The notes beneath the pieces are model-generated. The model was not told the origin of the DNA and ran no database searches. It saw only the letters and a program-made list of their open reading frames with translations. This document shows positions 55,586 through 64,000 of a DNA stretch of 64,000 nt, piece by piece. Made by a program: the position numbers and the translations under genes. This DNA comes from Patescibacteria group bacterium (lineage in GTDB: Bacteria; Patescibacteriota; Patescibacteriia; UBA1558; GWA2-36-10): the NCBI GenBank assembly GCA_041650755.1, contig JBAZKN010000001.1:136080-200079 (forward strand). Reading direction: 5' to 3'. The first letter of the stretch is position 1. Each line of letters starts with the position of its first letter.

Positions 55586-56740
55586 TTATCTATTGGTAAA
55601 TTTAGATATATTAGCTAGAATCCCCAAACTTAGCAAGGTGACCGTCAGATTTGAGCCACCCAAAGAAATCAAGGGCAAAGGCACGCCGGTCAAAGGCAAA
55701 AGCTGCATCATGCCAGCAATATTTATAAAGACCTGGGCCAGCAGCCAAATGACAATTCCTAGAGCCGTCAATTTAGAAAAATTGTCGGGCGCTTGCTTGA
55801 CCAGCAAAAAACCTCGCCACAGTAAAATCATAAATAGAACTATCAAACCAGTCGTGAAAATAAAACCAACCTCTTCGGCTATAATAGCAAAAATAGAGTC
55901 ATTGGCCGGCATGGGCACATAAGACTTTTGTTTGGACATGCCTAAACCCACTCCAAAAAGCCCGCCTGAGCCAATGGCAATCAAAGACTGCTTGATCTGC
56001 CAGCCAATGCCTCGAGGATCAAAATCTGGATTCAACCAGGCAACAAAGCGGTTCATCCGGTAAGGCGCCATTTTGATCATGGCCGCAAAAGCTATAGCGC
56101 CAGCAGCTACCATAGTCAACAAATGCCGCCAATTTGCGCCAGCCACAAAATACATGCTCAAAGCCACTGCCAAAATAATGCTCAAGGTACCAAAGTCAGG
56201 CTGCTTGATTATTAAGACGCTAATAATGCCGACAATAATTAAAAATGTCCAAGCTATCTTTCTGGTAGCCACTTCGGTCTGTTTATTGTCCAGCCAGCCG
56301 GCTAAAAACAAAATAAATAATAATTTCACCAATTCGCTAGGCTGAAAGGAAATATTGCCAAACACAATCCAAGATTGAGCAGTGCCATATTGGTTGCCAA
56401 AATTAGAGCCGATTACCAAGATCAATAAAATCAAGGACAGGATTAAAAATAATCTGTAAAAACGCTTATAAACCTGATAGTCTATGCGCAAAGCCAAATA
56501 AAATAAAACCAGTCCGGGCAGCAGTCCATGCAAAATCTGCTGTTTCACAAAACGATAGGTGTCATGGTATTGATAAAAAGCCAGAGTAGATGAAGCTGAT
56601 GATAAAAACAAGAGACCCAAAAAAAGCAAAATGCCGATGATAGCTAGCATCAACAAATCTGGCTGATGGCCCAGGCCTCGCTGCGACAAAAATGGCCGCA
56701 AAAACCAATTGGCTAAATTGTGTCTACTTCTTCTGACCAT
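55586..56740 (-). CDS. ftsW: Peptidoglycan polymerase FtsW
   Basis: FQPSELVK, QPDFGT, IGSGG..G.G, PLTGVPLPLISLGGS. Confidence 0.93.
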   Translation of the reverse strand: MVRRSRHNLANWFLRPFLSQRGLGHQPDLLMLAIIGILLFLGLLFLSSASSTLAFYQYHDTYRFVKQQILHGLLPGLVLFYLALRIDYQVYKRFYRLFLILSLILLILVIGSNFGNQYGTAQSWIVFGNISFQPSELVKLLFILFLAGWLDNKQTEVATRKIAWTFLIIVGIISVLIIKQPDFGTLSIILAVALSMYFVAGANWRHLLTMVAAGAIAFAAMIKMAPYRMNRFVAWLNPDFDPRGIGWQIKQSLIAIGSGGLFGVGLGMSKQKSYVPMPANDSIFAIIAEEVGFIFTTGLIVLFMILLWRGFLLVKQAPDNFSKLTALGIVIWLLAQVFINIAGMMQLLPLTGVPLPLISLGGSNLTVTLLSLGILANISKFTNR

Positions 56741-58124
56741 GAATTATTCGACTAAAAGTTTTAGCTCGATCAAATTCGTGAATAAACATATTGAAGCTGG
56801 CAGCTGCCGGAGAAAACAAAATACAATTTATACCAGACTGCCGACGAGCTATCTGCCAGGCCTTATCCAGAGATTTGACATCAGCTACAATCTGCTTGAA
56901 TGGATATTTTACTTTTTTCAATTCGCCTAATAATTTTTGGCTGCCGCTGCCTGACAATAAAACCACAAAACTCACCTGTTTTTTGATCTGCCGAGCCAAA
57001 TTTTTATAATCAAGCTCTTTATCCACTCCGCCGGCCAGCAACAAAATTTTCTGTCCGGCCAAAGCTTGGATGGCGGCTATAGCCGCATCCGGAGTAGTCG
57101 AGGTAGCGTCATTGTAGATATTCACGCCTCTCTGTCTGCCTTCATACTGCAGGCGAAAAGGAATGCCGCGAAACTTACCTAAAACTTTAGCGATATTAGC
57201 TGTCGGCACTTTTAGCAATTTAGCCACAGTCACCGCCGCCAAAACATTGGCTATGTTGTGCTGGCCTTTGACTTTCAGCTGGTCAATACCCAAAATATTT
57301 TCAGTATGGCGGCCGTCATTAAAGTAAATCTGCTGATTTTTTAAATACGCTCCCTTGACTTTATTCTGCAGAGAAAACCAATAAACACAAGCTTTGGTTT
57401 TTTTGGCAAAGTTGCGCGTGTGGATATTGTCATAATTTAAAACCACCAGATCAGTCGGCTTTTGCCATTTGGTAATGGCAAATTTAGCCTGCCGATAAGC
57501 GGCCAGATTTTTGTAGCGGTTCAAGTGGTCAACCAAAACATTGGTAACAACCGCTATCTTCGGCGAGACATGGTATTCGTCTAAATTTTCCAGATGCCAG
57601 CTGGATAACTCCAGGACCGGCCAAGTTTTGGCAGATAATCTATCCAAAACAGACAACATGGGCGTGGTGGCAATATTGCCGGCTAAAACATTATTTTTTA
57701 TCTGGCTGCTTAAAAGCTGATGGATTAAGGTAGCGGTGGTGGATTTGCCTCTGGTGCCAGTCACACCCACTACTGGTCCCTTAAACAAGCCAAAAAACAA
57801 AACTGCCTCATTGACAATCGGGGTCTGGTGCTGGCGAGCAATCTGCAAAAATGGTGAATCAGCCGGCACACCCGGATTCTGAACCACCAAATCCTGATCC
57901 AAAAAATCATCTGCCTGATGGCCGGCTAAAGAAAACTTTATCAGTGAAAACCCGGAAACTTTTTTTAATTTGTCTAGGCTGGGTTTTAACTGTGCGCCAG
58001 TTTTGATATCGGTAATAGTCAACCTGGCTCCTCTTTTCAAAAACCATTTAGTTACGGCTACTCCTCCGCCGTGCAGACCCAAGCCCATAATTAATATTTT
58101 TTTGCCCCGAAACTTATTTACCAT
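56724..58124 (-). CDS. murD: UDP-MurNAc-L-Ala--D-Glu ligase
   Basis: GLG, GTRGKSTT, GNI, ELSS, DHLNR, GG.DK, SPAAASF. Confidence 0.95.
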   Translation of the reverse strand: MVNKFRGKKILIMGLGLHGGGVAVTKWFLKRGARLTITDIKTGAQLKPSLDKLKKVSGFSLIKFSLAGHQADDFLDQDLVVQNPGVPADSPFLQIARQHQTPIVNEAVLFFGLFKGPVVGVTGTRGKSTTATLIHQLLSSQIKNNVLAGNIATTPMLSVLDRLSAKTWPVLELSSWHLENLDEYHVSPKIAVVTNVLVDHLNRYKNLAAYRQAKFAITKWQKPTDLVVLNYDNIHTRNFAKKTKACVYWFSLQNKVKGAYLKNQQIYFNDGRHTENILGIDQLKVKGQHNIANVLAAVTVAKLLKVPTANIAKVLGKFRGIPFRLQYEGRQRGVNIYNDATSTTPDAAIAAIQALAGQKILLLAGGVDKELDYKNLARQIKKQVSFVVLLSGSGSQKLLGELKKVKYPFKQIVADVKSLDKAWQIARRQSGINCILFSPAAASFNMFIHEFDRAKTFSRIIHGQKK

Positions 58125-59170
58125 AAGCGCAAATCAATAATCGCCAAGATTAGTCCGGCTACAGCAAAAACCGCCGAAATAATCCAGAAGCGCATGACTA
58201 CTTTGGTTTCCGGCCAACCTTTGGCTTCAAAATGATGATGGATAGGGGCAGACAAAAACACTTTTTTCTTTCTGATTTTTTTTGATAAAATTTGGATAAT
58301 CACCGACAAAGATTCAACCAGTGGTACAAAAGCTATCAGAATCAATAAAAGCGGGTAGCCAGTCAGCATGGCTACAATGCCCAAAGAAATACCCAAAGAC
58401 ATCGCACCGGTATCACCCATAAAAAATCTAGCTGGATTAATATTAAACCACAAAAAGGCCAATAAGGCTCCGGAAATTGCTCCGCAAAAAGCCGTTAGAT
58501 TATAATTACCTTGGACAAAAGCAATGGTGCCATAAGCGGCAAAAGCAGCCAACATCACGCCGCCGACCAGGCCATCCAAACCATCAGTCTCGTTGACAGA
58601 AAAAGCGGTAGCTACCAAAACAAAAATGAGAAAAGGTATAAACCACCAACCCATGTGCCACAGGCCGACAAAAGGTATACGCACCACTTCCCAATCAAGC
58701 TTAAAATAAAACCACCAAGCGCCAACCAAAGCGACCAGGGTATACATCAATAAGCGGTGTTTGACAGTCAAACCGCCACCTTTGCCGCCGCCTTGTCTCC
58801 TAATGTTGAACCAATCGTCTAGTAAGCCTATCAAGGCTGAAGCCAGTAAAGCCGCCAAAGGTAAATAGGTTTCGCGGCGAGTCACAAAATTTAAGTGAGC
58901 CAAAAGAGAATCTGGCCAAATAAAAGCTACTAGAAAAAATAAAGCCGCCAAGAGCATAACTGTCAGCCAAATAAGCACCCCGCCCATAGTCGGCGTGCCG
59001 GATTTTATTTTGTGCAACTGGGAAAAGATCGGCGTTTGGCCGTCATCGCGGATACTTTTACCTAATTTATATTTATACAAAATATTGGTCCAAATCGGCG
59101 TCAAAGCAAAAGCCAAAGCAAAAGCAATAGTAGACAATGACAAGATTTTGATAATTTCTTTTTCAGGCAT
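58118..59170 (-). CDS. mraY: Phospho-MurNAc-pentapeptide transferase
   Basis: GTPTMGG, LLDD, NETDGLDGL, FMGDTG, APIHHHFE. Confidence 0.97.
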   Translation of the reverse strand: MPEKEIIKILSLSTIAFALAFALTPIWTNILYKYKLGKSIRDDGQTPIFSQLHKIKSGTPTMGGVLIWLTVMLLAALFFLVAFIWPDSLLAHLNFVTRRETYLPLAALLASALIGLLDDWFNIRRQGGGKGGGLTVKHRLLMYTLVALVGAWWFYFKLDWEVVRIPFVGLWHMGWWFIPFLIFVLVATAFSVNETDGLDGLVGGVMLAAFAAYGTIAFVQGNYNLTAFCGAISGALLAFLWFNINPARFFMGDTGAMSLGISLGIVAMLTGYPLLLILIAFVPLVESLSVIIQILSKKIRKKKVFLSAPIHHHFEAKGWPETKVVMRFWIISAVFAVAGLILAIIDLRLW

Positions 59171-59537
59171 GAAGGTTATAATTCAAAATATTATATAGGT
59201 AAATAAGCATCATCATCTGTGATAAAAAAATGGTGGCCAGCAGCCAATAGCTCAAAACACTCCGCTTGGCAAACAAAACAACGCTCACGATAAAATTAAC
59301 TATGCTTAAAAATAAAACTGCCAGCGGTATGCCCCAAAGCCAATGCCACGAACCCAGGAGGTCTATGCCAGAATAAATATTATAGTGCAGAGCCGCCAGA
59401 TTAGTGAAAGCCAAATCTTTCAATCTAATAAAAAACAATACCCAAACCATCAGAGTTATAAGAAGCGATAAATTAATCAGCCAGGCCGACCATTTATCTT
59501 TATAAACAACCTTAATTTTAATCCACAGTCTTCTCAT
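59163..59537 (-). CDS. Three-TM hypothetical protein
   Basis: TM segments, LHYNIYSGID motif. Confidence 0.7.
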   Translation of the reverse strand: MRRLWIKIKVVYKDKWSAWLINLSLLITLMVWVLFFIRLKDLAFTNLAALHYNIYSGIDLLGSWHWLWGIPLAVLFLSIVNFIVSVVLFAKRSVLSYWLLATIFLSQMMMLIYLYNILNYNLHA

Positions 59538-59635
59538 TGGATTTTCTAAGATTTATTTTAACACAAAAAAAAACCTTTATCTAGGCCTTTTTTATATAAA
59601 TTGATATTTTATTATGATAAATTTGTCTAAAAAAG

Positions 59636-59869
59636 TCAAGATTTGACTATTTTTACTTCCTTAATGCTGGGCATTTTGGCCTTTAGCTCAGCCTCAATCA
59701 CATATTTGGCAGTAAAATCAGCCAATTGGCAATGGGCACAAGCCCCCTGCAAGACAATGCTGACTATCCCCTTTTTAGCATCATAATCGACTAAATTCAA
59801 ATTACCGCCATCGGCTACCAGCCCGGGGCGGATGCTATCCAAAATTTTCTCTAATTTTTCACGATTCAT
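59636..59869 (-). CDS. NifU C-terminal (Nfu) domain protein
   Basis: IRP.L..DGG, LQGACAHC. Confidence 0.88.
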   Translation of the reverse strand: MNREKLEKILDSIRPGLVADGGNLNLVDYDAKKGIVSIVLQGACAHCQLADFTAKYVIEAELKAKMPSIKEVKIVKS

Positions 59870-60273
59870 TTGATTTTCCCCTGTAGTTTGGCAAAAGTCT
59901 GCTCCAAATCATCCTTGGCTGCTTGGCTGCAAGACCAGTGCACCAAGCCATCATCATCCCAACGGGGAATAATGTGCCAATGCACATGATCAACCAATTG
60001 CCCGGCCACCCGACCATTATTTAGCCCCAAATTATAGCCACGAACGCCCAAAATATCAATAATCTGCGGCGCCAACCTATGTACTATCTTAACAAAATCA
60101 GCTGCCTGCTCGTCTGTCAGGCTGGTAAAATCCGCCACATGCTCTTTGGGAATTACCAGGGCATGCCCACGGGTATTGGGGTTGATATCCAAAATAGAAA
60201 TATATTTTTCATCTTCATAGATGATTTTGGCTGGAATTTTTTTGGCAATAATTTGGCAAAAAATGCAATCCAT
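59866..60273 (-). CDS. HIT family nucleotide hydrolase
   Basis: MDCIFC, GHALVIPK, HVHWHIIPR. Confidence 0.93.
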   Translation of the reverse strand: MDCIFCQIIAKKIPAKIIYEDEKYISILDINPNTRGHALVIPKEHVADFTSLTDEQAADFVKIVHRLAPQIIDILGVRGYNLGLNNGRVAGQLVDHVHWHIIPRWDDDGLVHWSCSQAAKDDLEQTFAKLQGKIK

Positions 60274-60295
60274 ATGTTTAGCTCGTTAAATAAAT

Positions 60296-61891
60296 TTAAT
60301 TATGAATTTTATATAAGAAAAAGCCGTTGGCGATTTCTATTTTATCTGATAACTGCAGACCGCTTTGCGCAGCCGCTGCCTGCTCGGCAGCCAAAGCGTT
60401 TTGATCTTTATCGCTATAATAATAAATCGGCACTTGTTCTACAATTTTAGCTAAACGCGGCCAAAGTGGCAAATCACCCTGCGGCACTACTACTTTATAA
60501 TAAGGAAAAAATATCTTATCCGCCCGCTCAGTTACTATCACGGATCCTTGGGGCGCTAAATTTTTCACCAAACTAAACTCCTGCCAATAACCAGCTAGAT
60601 ACTGCTGGTGTTTAAATAGGCCATCGTATTTTGCGCCATAAGCCGAATAAAGGGAAAAAGCAGCCAAAATGATAAGCAGCGGCCAGACCAACACTTTTGG
60701 CCAGCGCGCATGCTTTGACCAAACAGACAAAGCATGGGCCGCCCAAGGCAAGAGCAGAATATATAAGGGCAAAAAATAACGCACATAAGAGCTGCTGATA
60801 AAATTCAGATTCTTGACCAAGGGATCTGCCAAATCCCAACTGCCATAAAACAAAAGGATAAAGACAAAAATAATAATGTTTAGCACTAGATAGCCAGACC
60901 ACAATTTTTCCGAGCGGCGATTTTTGAACCAATAAAATAATCCGAACAAAGCCAAAATAATGTAAGGCCAGACCAGTTTGACAAAATATTTGGCAAAATT
61001 ATAAACAATTAATTTGAGATTGAAACCAAACGGAATAAAAATAGCTTTCAGCCAAGCAAAAACATTTGTTTGGCGATCAAGTATCTCGGTCGGCAGAGTC
61101 TTGTCCTGAAAATTGATATAGCCAAAAGAAAAATAGCTGCCATAAACAATTTTATTAAGATACAGACCGGCCAACACAACGGCCGCAAAAACCAGCACAC
61201 TAGAAATCAGCTGCTGTCTGGAAAATTGGCGACGCTGCCAATAAAATAAACAAACAAAGCTAAGCAGCAGCCAAACTAGTTCTGTCGGCCGGCACATAAG
61301 ACTCAAGCTCAAAAACAAGCTAGCTGACCAATAAGACTTTTTGGCAAAAAGAAAAGCGGCCAGCACCACTAAAAAAATAAACAGTATATTGGTCAACATG
61401 GCCAGCTGACTAAAATAAAACCAAGGAGCCAAGGGCCAAAACAATAAGCTGGCAAAAAAAGCTAGCCGTTTATCCTGAAAAACCAGCTCTAATATTTTAT
61501 AGACCAAAAAGACAATAGCGGCTGACAAGAGTGGTGTGAGCAATAAAACGCCAAAAGCGCCAAGTAAAGCAAAAAATAGGGCGAAAATAGCTATATTGGG
61601 CAACCAAGTCATAGGCAATAAAAATCCATCAATCACATTTAAGCTGCGGGTGTGCAAGAGATTATCAGTCGACAGATTCAACGGCTCAAATACTTTGAAG
61701 GTGTGCTCCTCGGCCAAAACTTTTGCTGAAAAATAATTGGCATTGGCATCCGGCCAATTGAAAATCAGCTGCTGTCCGCTACCGGCTTGCCACTGGGGCC
61801 ACCAGACAGTCCAGACTGTCAAACTATAAATAATAGCAAACAACAAACTGCCAACTAAAATAGATAAATTATATTTATTGTTTATTTTCAT
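60296..61891 (-). CDS. GT-C-type (ArnT/PMT-like) membrane glycosyltransferase, putative
   Basis: Many TMs, loop WPDANANY after TM1, RP and RYFLP motifs. Confidence 0.6.
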   Translation of the reverse strand: MKINNKYNLSILVGSLLFAIIYSLTVWTVWWPQWQAGSGQQLIFNWPDANANYFSAKVLAEEHTFKVFEPLNLSTDNLLHTRSLNVIDGFLLPMTWLPNIAIFALFFALLGAFGVLLLTPLLSAAIVFLVYKILELVFQDKRLAFFASLLFWPLAPWFYFSQLAMLTNILFIFLVVLAAFLFAKKSYWSASLFLSLSLMCRPTELVWLLLSFVCLFYWQRRQFSRQQLISSVLVFAAVVLAGLYLNKIVYGSYFSFGYINFQDKTLPTEILDRQTNVFAWLKAIFIPFGFNLKLIVYNFAKYFVKLVWPYIILALFGLFYWFKNRRSEKLWSGYLVLNIIIFVFILLFYGSWDLADPLVKNLNFISSSYVRYFLPLYILLLPWAAHALSVWSKHARWPKVLVWPLLIILAAFSLYSAYGAKYDGLFKHQQYLAGYWQEFSLVKNLAPQGSVIVTERADKIFFPYYKVVVPQGDLPLWPRLAKIVEQVPIYYYSDKDQNALAAEQAAAAQSGLQLSDKIEIANGFFLYKIHN

Positions 61892-63101
61892 TCAATAAAT
61901 CCAAAATTGTTTGAATATAATTTTCTCTGCTGAAGCCAGCCACGCTAGCGCGGCAATTATCTGCCATGAGAGACAGGCGATCGCGCTGAGCATATAAAGA
62001 AATGATTTTTTTGTTCAAAGCGGCAAAATCACCAGCCGGAAAAACCCAGCCATTGACGCCTTCTCTTATCAGCTCGCTCACGCCGCCTATATCGCTAGCC
62101 AAAACCGGCAGACCCATGCCCAAGGCTTCATATATCACGGTGGGCGAATTTTCATAACACAAAGACGGCACCACCAAAATATCCATGCTGCCCAAAAGCT
62201 CCATCAGCTTAGGGTGCGTCATCCAGCCATGAAAAACAATCCGCTTATCAGCTTGAGCGGCTGACTGGGCAGCTACCAAATCAGAACCCACTCCCACGAT
62301 GTGCAGGCGGGCATCCGGCAGCTCTAAAGCACGCCAGGCTTTGATCAATCCCAAGACACCTTTGGCGAGCTGCACTTGACCAAGATATAAAACTTCCAAA
62401 TTGTAGCTGGATTTTTTACTGACCCCAATATCAGCGCCAATCGGGTTGGGTAAAACTATTTTTTTTGATTTGGGGAAAAAATCATATTGCTTATAAAAAT
62501 CCAATAAAAATTTGGATGGTGAAATCACAATCTGGGGCGAAGCAAAAAGTTTGCGCATCAATCGTGGATAGCCAATCGATTTAAAAAATTTATGCTGCCA
62601 GGCATCCTCTGCCCCCTTGATAATCAGGCCGGACGGCGTGACTAGTTGCACGTCGTGCAGGGTATGGATATGAGTGATGTGTAATTTCCTAAATAGCAGT
62701 GGCAACAAAAATCCTAGGCCCATCAAATTATGAGTGATCACTACATCTGGTTTTTCTTCCAATAATATTTTTTTGACTTGAAAATAAGAATGCCAATTGA
62801 AAATATCCAAAAAATGCCAAAGCAAACGCAAAATAGCGGGATATTTATAATCATTCAAATAATAATAAACATTAAAAGGGGTGATCCGATAAACTGAAAC
62901 ACTATTAACTTCGTCTTGCCAAACCAGCTCATTATCAGCCCGGACATCAACGCCGTTGACATTCATTTTTCTGGGCTTAGTGGCAATCACAAAAACATGC
63001 TGCCAGGCGGCTTTCAGGCCCTCGGCTTCAGTGGCAGCTATCATCTCTGCCCCGCCCCTGACCAGCGGCGGATATAAATTACTAATAACAGCAAACTTCA
63101 T
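61875..63101 (-). CDS. Glycosyltransferase family 4
   Basis: GGAE, HTLHD, KG, PSLCYENSP..EA..G.PV. Confidence 0.9.
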   Translation of the reverse strand: MKFAVISNLYPPLVRGGAEMIAATEAEGLKAAWQHVFVIATKPRKMNVNGVDVRADNELVWQDEVNSVSVYRITPFNVYYYLNDYKYPAILRLLWHFLDIFNWHSYFQVKKILLEEKPDVVITHNLMGLGFLLPLLFRKLHITHIHTLHDVQLVTPSGLIIKGAEDAWQHKFFKSIGYPRLMRKLFASPQIVISPSKFLLDFYKQYDFFPKSKKIVLPNPIGADIGVSKKSSYNLEVLYLGQVQLAKGVLGLIKAWRALELPDARLHIVGVGSDLVAAQSAAQADKRIVFHGWMTHPKLMELLGSMDILVVPSLCYENSPTVIYEALGMGLPVLASDIGGVSELIREGVNGWVFPAGDFAALNKKIISLYAQRDRLSLMADNCRASVAGFSRENYIQTILDLLNENKQ

Positions 63102-63105
63102 CCCG

Positions 63106-63999
63106 TTACAAATTAGTAATCAAATCGTCAAGCTGCCGGCCAATATGCTCCCAAGTATAGCTTTCCAAAACTCGCTGCCGGCCAGCCTGCCCATAAGCTC
63201 TGGCTATCCGCGGATTTTTTAATAAATAATCCAACATATCAGCTAAATTTTGCACGCTACCTGGCTTTACTAGCAGCCCAGTTTCTTTCTTTTTGACCAC
63301 CGACCTGACGCCAGCCAGATCAGAAGCAATCACCGGCACGCCAGATGACATGGCCTCCAAAGCCACTATGCCAAAAGCTTCTGACTTATCTATTGATGGC
63401 AAGACAAATATGTCAGCTAAAGAATAAAGTTTAGGCAAAATATTCTCCTCTACTCGGCCCAGAAAAATAATTTTTTTGCCTAAGCCCAAAGTATCAACCA
63501 GGCTCTGATAGCTGGCCAATAATTCACCGCCCCCCGCAATCAAAACCCGAAAATTATCATTATCGTTTAAGTGGCTGATAGCTTGGATCAAAATATTTAC
63601 TCCTTTAAAATAATGCGGCCTATCCAAAGCTCCTACGAACAAAACAATTTGCTTGTTATACAAATCGTATTTGGTCATCAACTCTTTGTCGCGATAACGT
63701 GGTTTGAAAAGTAAATGATTGACACCGCAAGGAATTTCAGCAAATTTTTCCGGTTCAGCCGCCAGCCTTTCGGCTAAAGTAGAATTTTTGGCATAGTCCC
63801 AAGAAGTGACTATGATCTTATCTGCCTGATCCAAAATCTTTGGCATGATAAAATTGGTGTGCCATTTAAAAACTTTGGACAGCAAACCACTGCCCACCAC
63901 ATCCATATGATAAGTGATGACTAATTTTAAATCTTTGATCTGCTCCAGAAAATAAATAATTTCTGCGCCGCCAAAAAATGGATAATGCAAATGAATCAC
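63106..63999 (-). CDS. Glycosyltransferase family 4 (5' end beyond window)
   Basis: YHMD, FVGAL..KG, SEAFGIVALEAM. Confidence 0.9.
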   Translation of the reverse strand: MIHLHYPFFGGAEIIYFLEQIKDLKLVITYHMDVVGSGLLSKVFKWHTNFIMPKILDQADKIIVTSWDYAKNSTLAERLAAEPEKFAEIPCGVNHLLFKPRYRDKELMTKYDLYNKQIVLFVGALDRPHYFKGVNILIQAISHLNDNDNFRVLIAGGGELLASYQSLVDTLGLGKKIIFLGRVEENILPKLYSLADIFVLPSIDKSEAFGIVALEAMSSGVPVIASDLAGVRSVVKKKETGLLVKPGSVQNLADMLDYLLKNPRIARAYGQAGRQRVLESYTWEHIGRQLDDLITNL

Positions 64000-64000
64000 A

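Noticed and set aside
581-63222. Numerous 60-150 aa ORFs antisense to or nested in recognised genes
   Set aside because: Shadow frames of well-supported genes, without motifs or independent expression signals

Overview
AT-rich bacterial chromosome segment whose gene content and protein style point to a Patescibacteria (CPR, Parcubacteria-like) genome. This assignment is inferred, not database-checked. From 1-24.5 kb genes are mostly on + (alaS end, hpf, secA, a string of accessory genes, pyrD, fmt/def, thpR, tagA, gltX, M23 peptidase). From 25.3-64 kb all are on - (Xer-type tyrosine recombinase, ftsQ, alr, serS, lysS, a surface-glycan cluster, the infA-rpmJ-rpsM-rpsK-rpsD-rpoA-rplQ-rplM-rpsI operon, and a dcw cluster split between murG and murC by ~8.9 kb of accessory genes). 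The most unusual locus is at the strand switch: a recombinase with an 11-6-11 dif-like site abutting its leaderless promoter, followed by two tandem GC-rich, highly structured putative ncRNAs (~230 and ~270 nt), each with its own sigma70 promoter and terminator. Other notable items: an NYN ribonuclease with a predicted ~40 nt antisense RNA, a 146 bp exact duplication of the murG 3' end bracketing a 3.3 kb insertion, a low-GC kinase/PHP/terpenoid-synthase-like/nucleotidyltransferase/GT4 cluster, an RpoA lacking the alpha-CTD, and heptamer arrays in ribosomal-operon spacers. No tRNA, rRNA or CRISPR array was recognised. All structures and motifs were read by eye.
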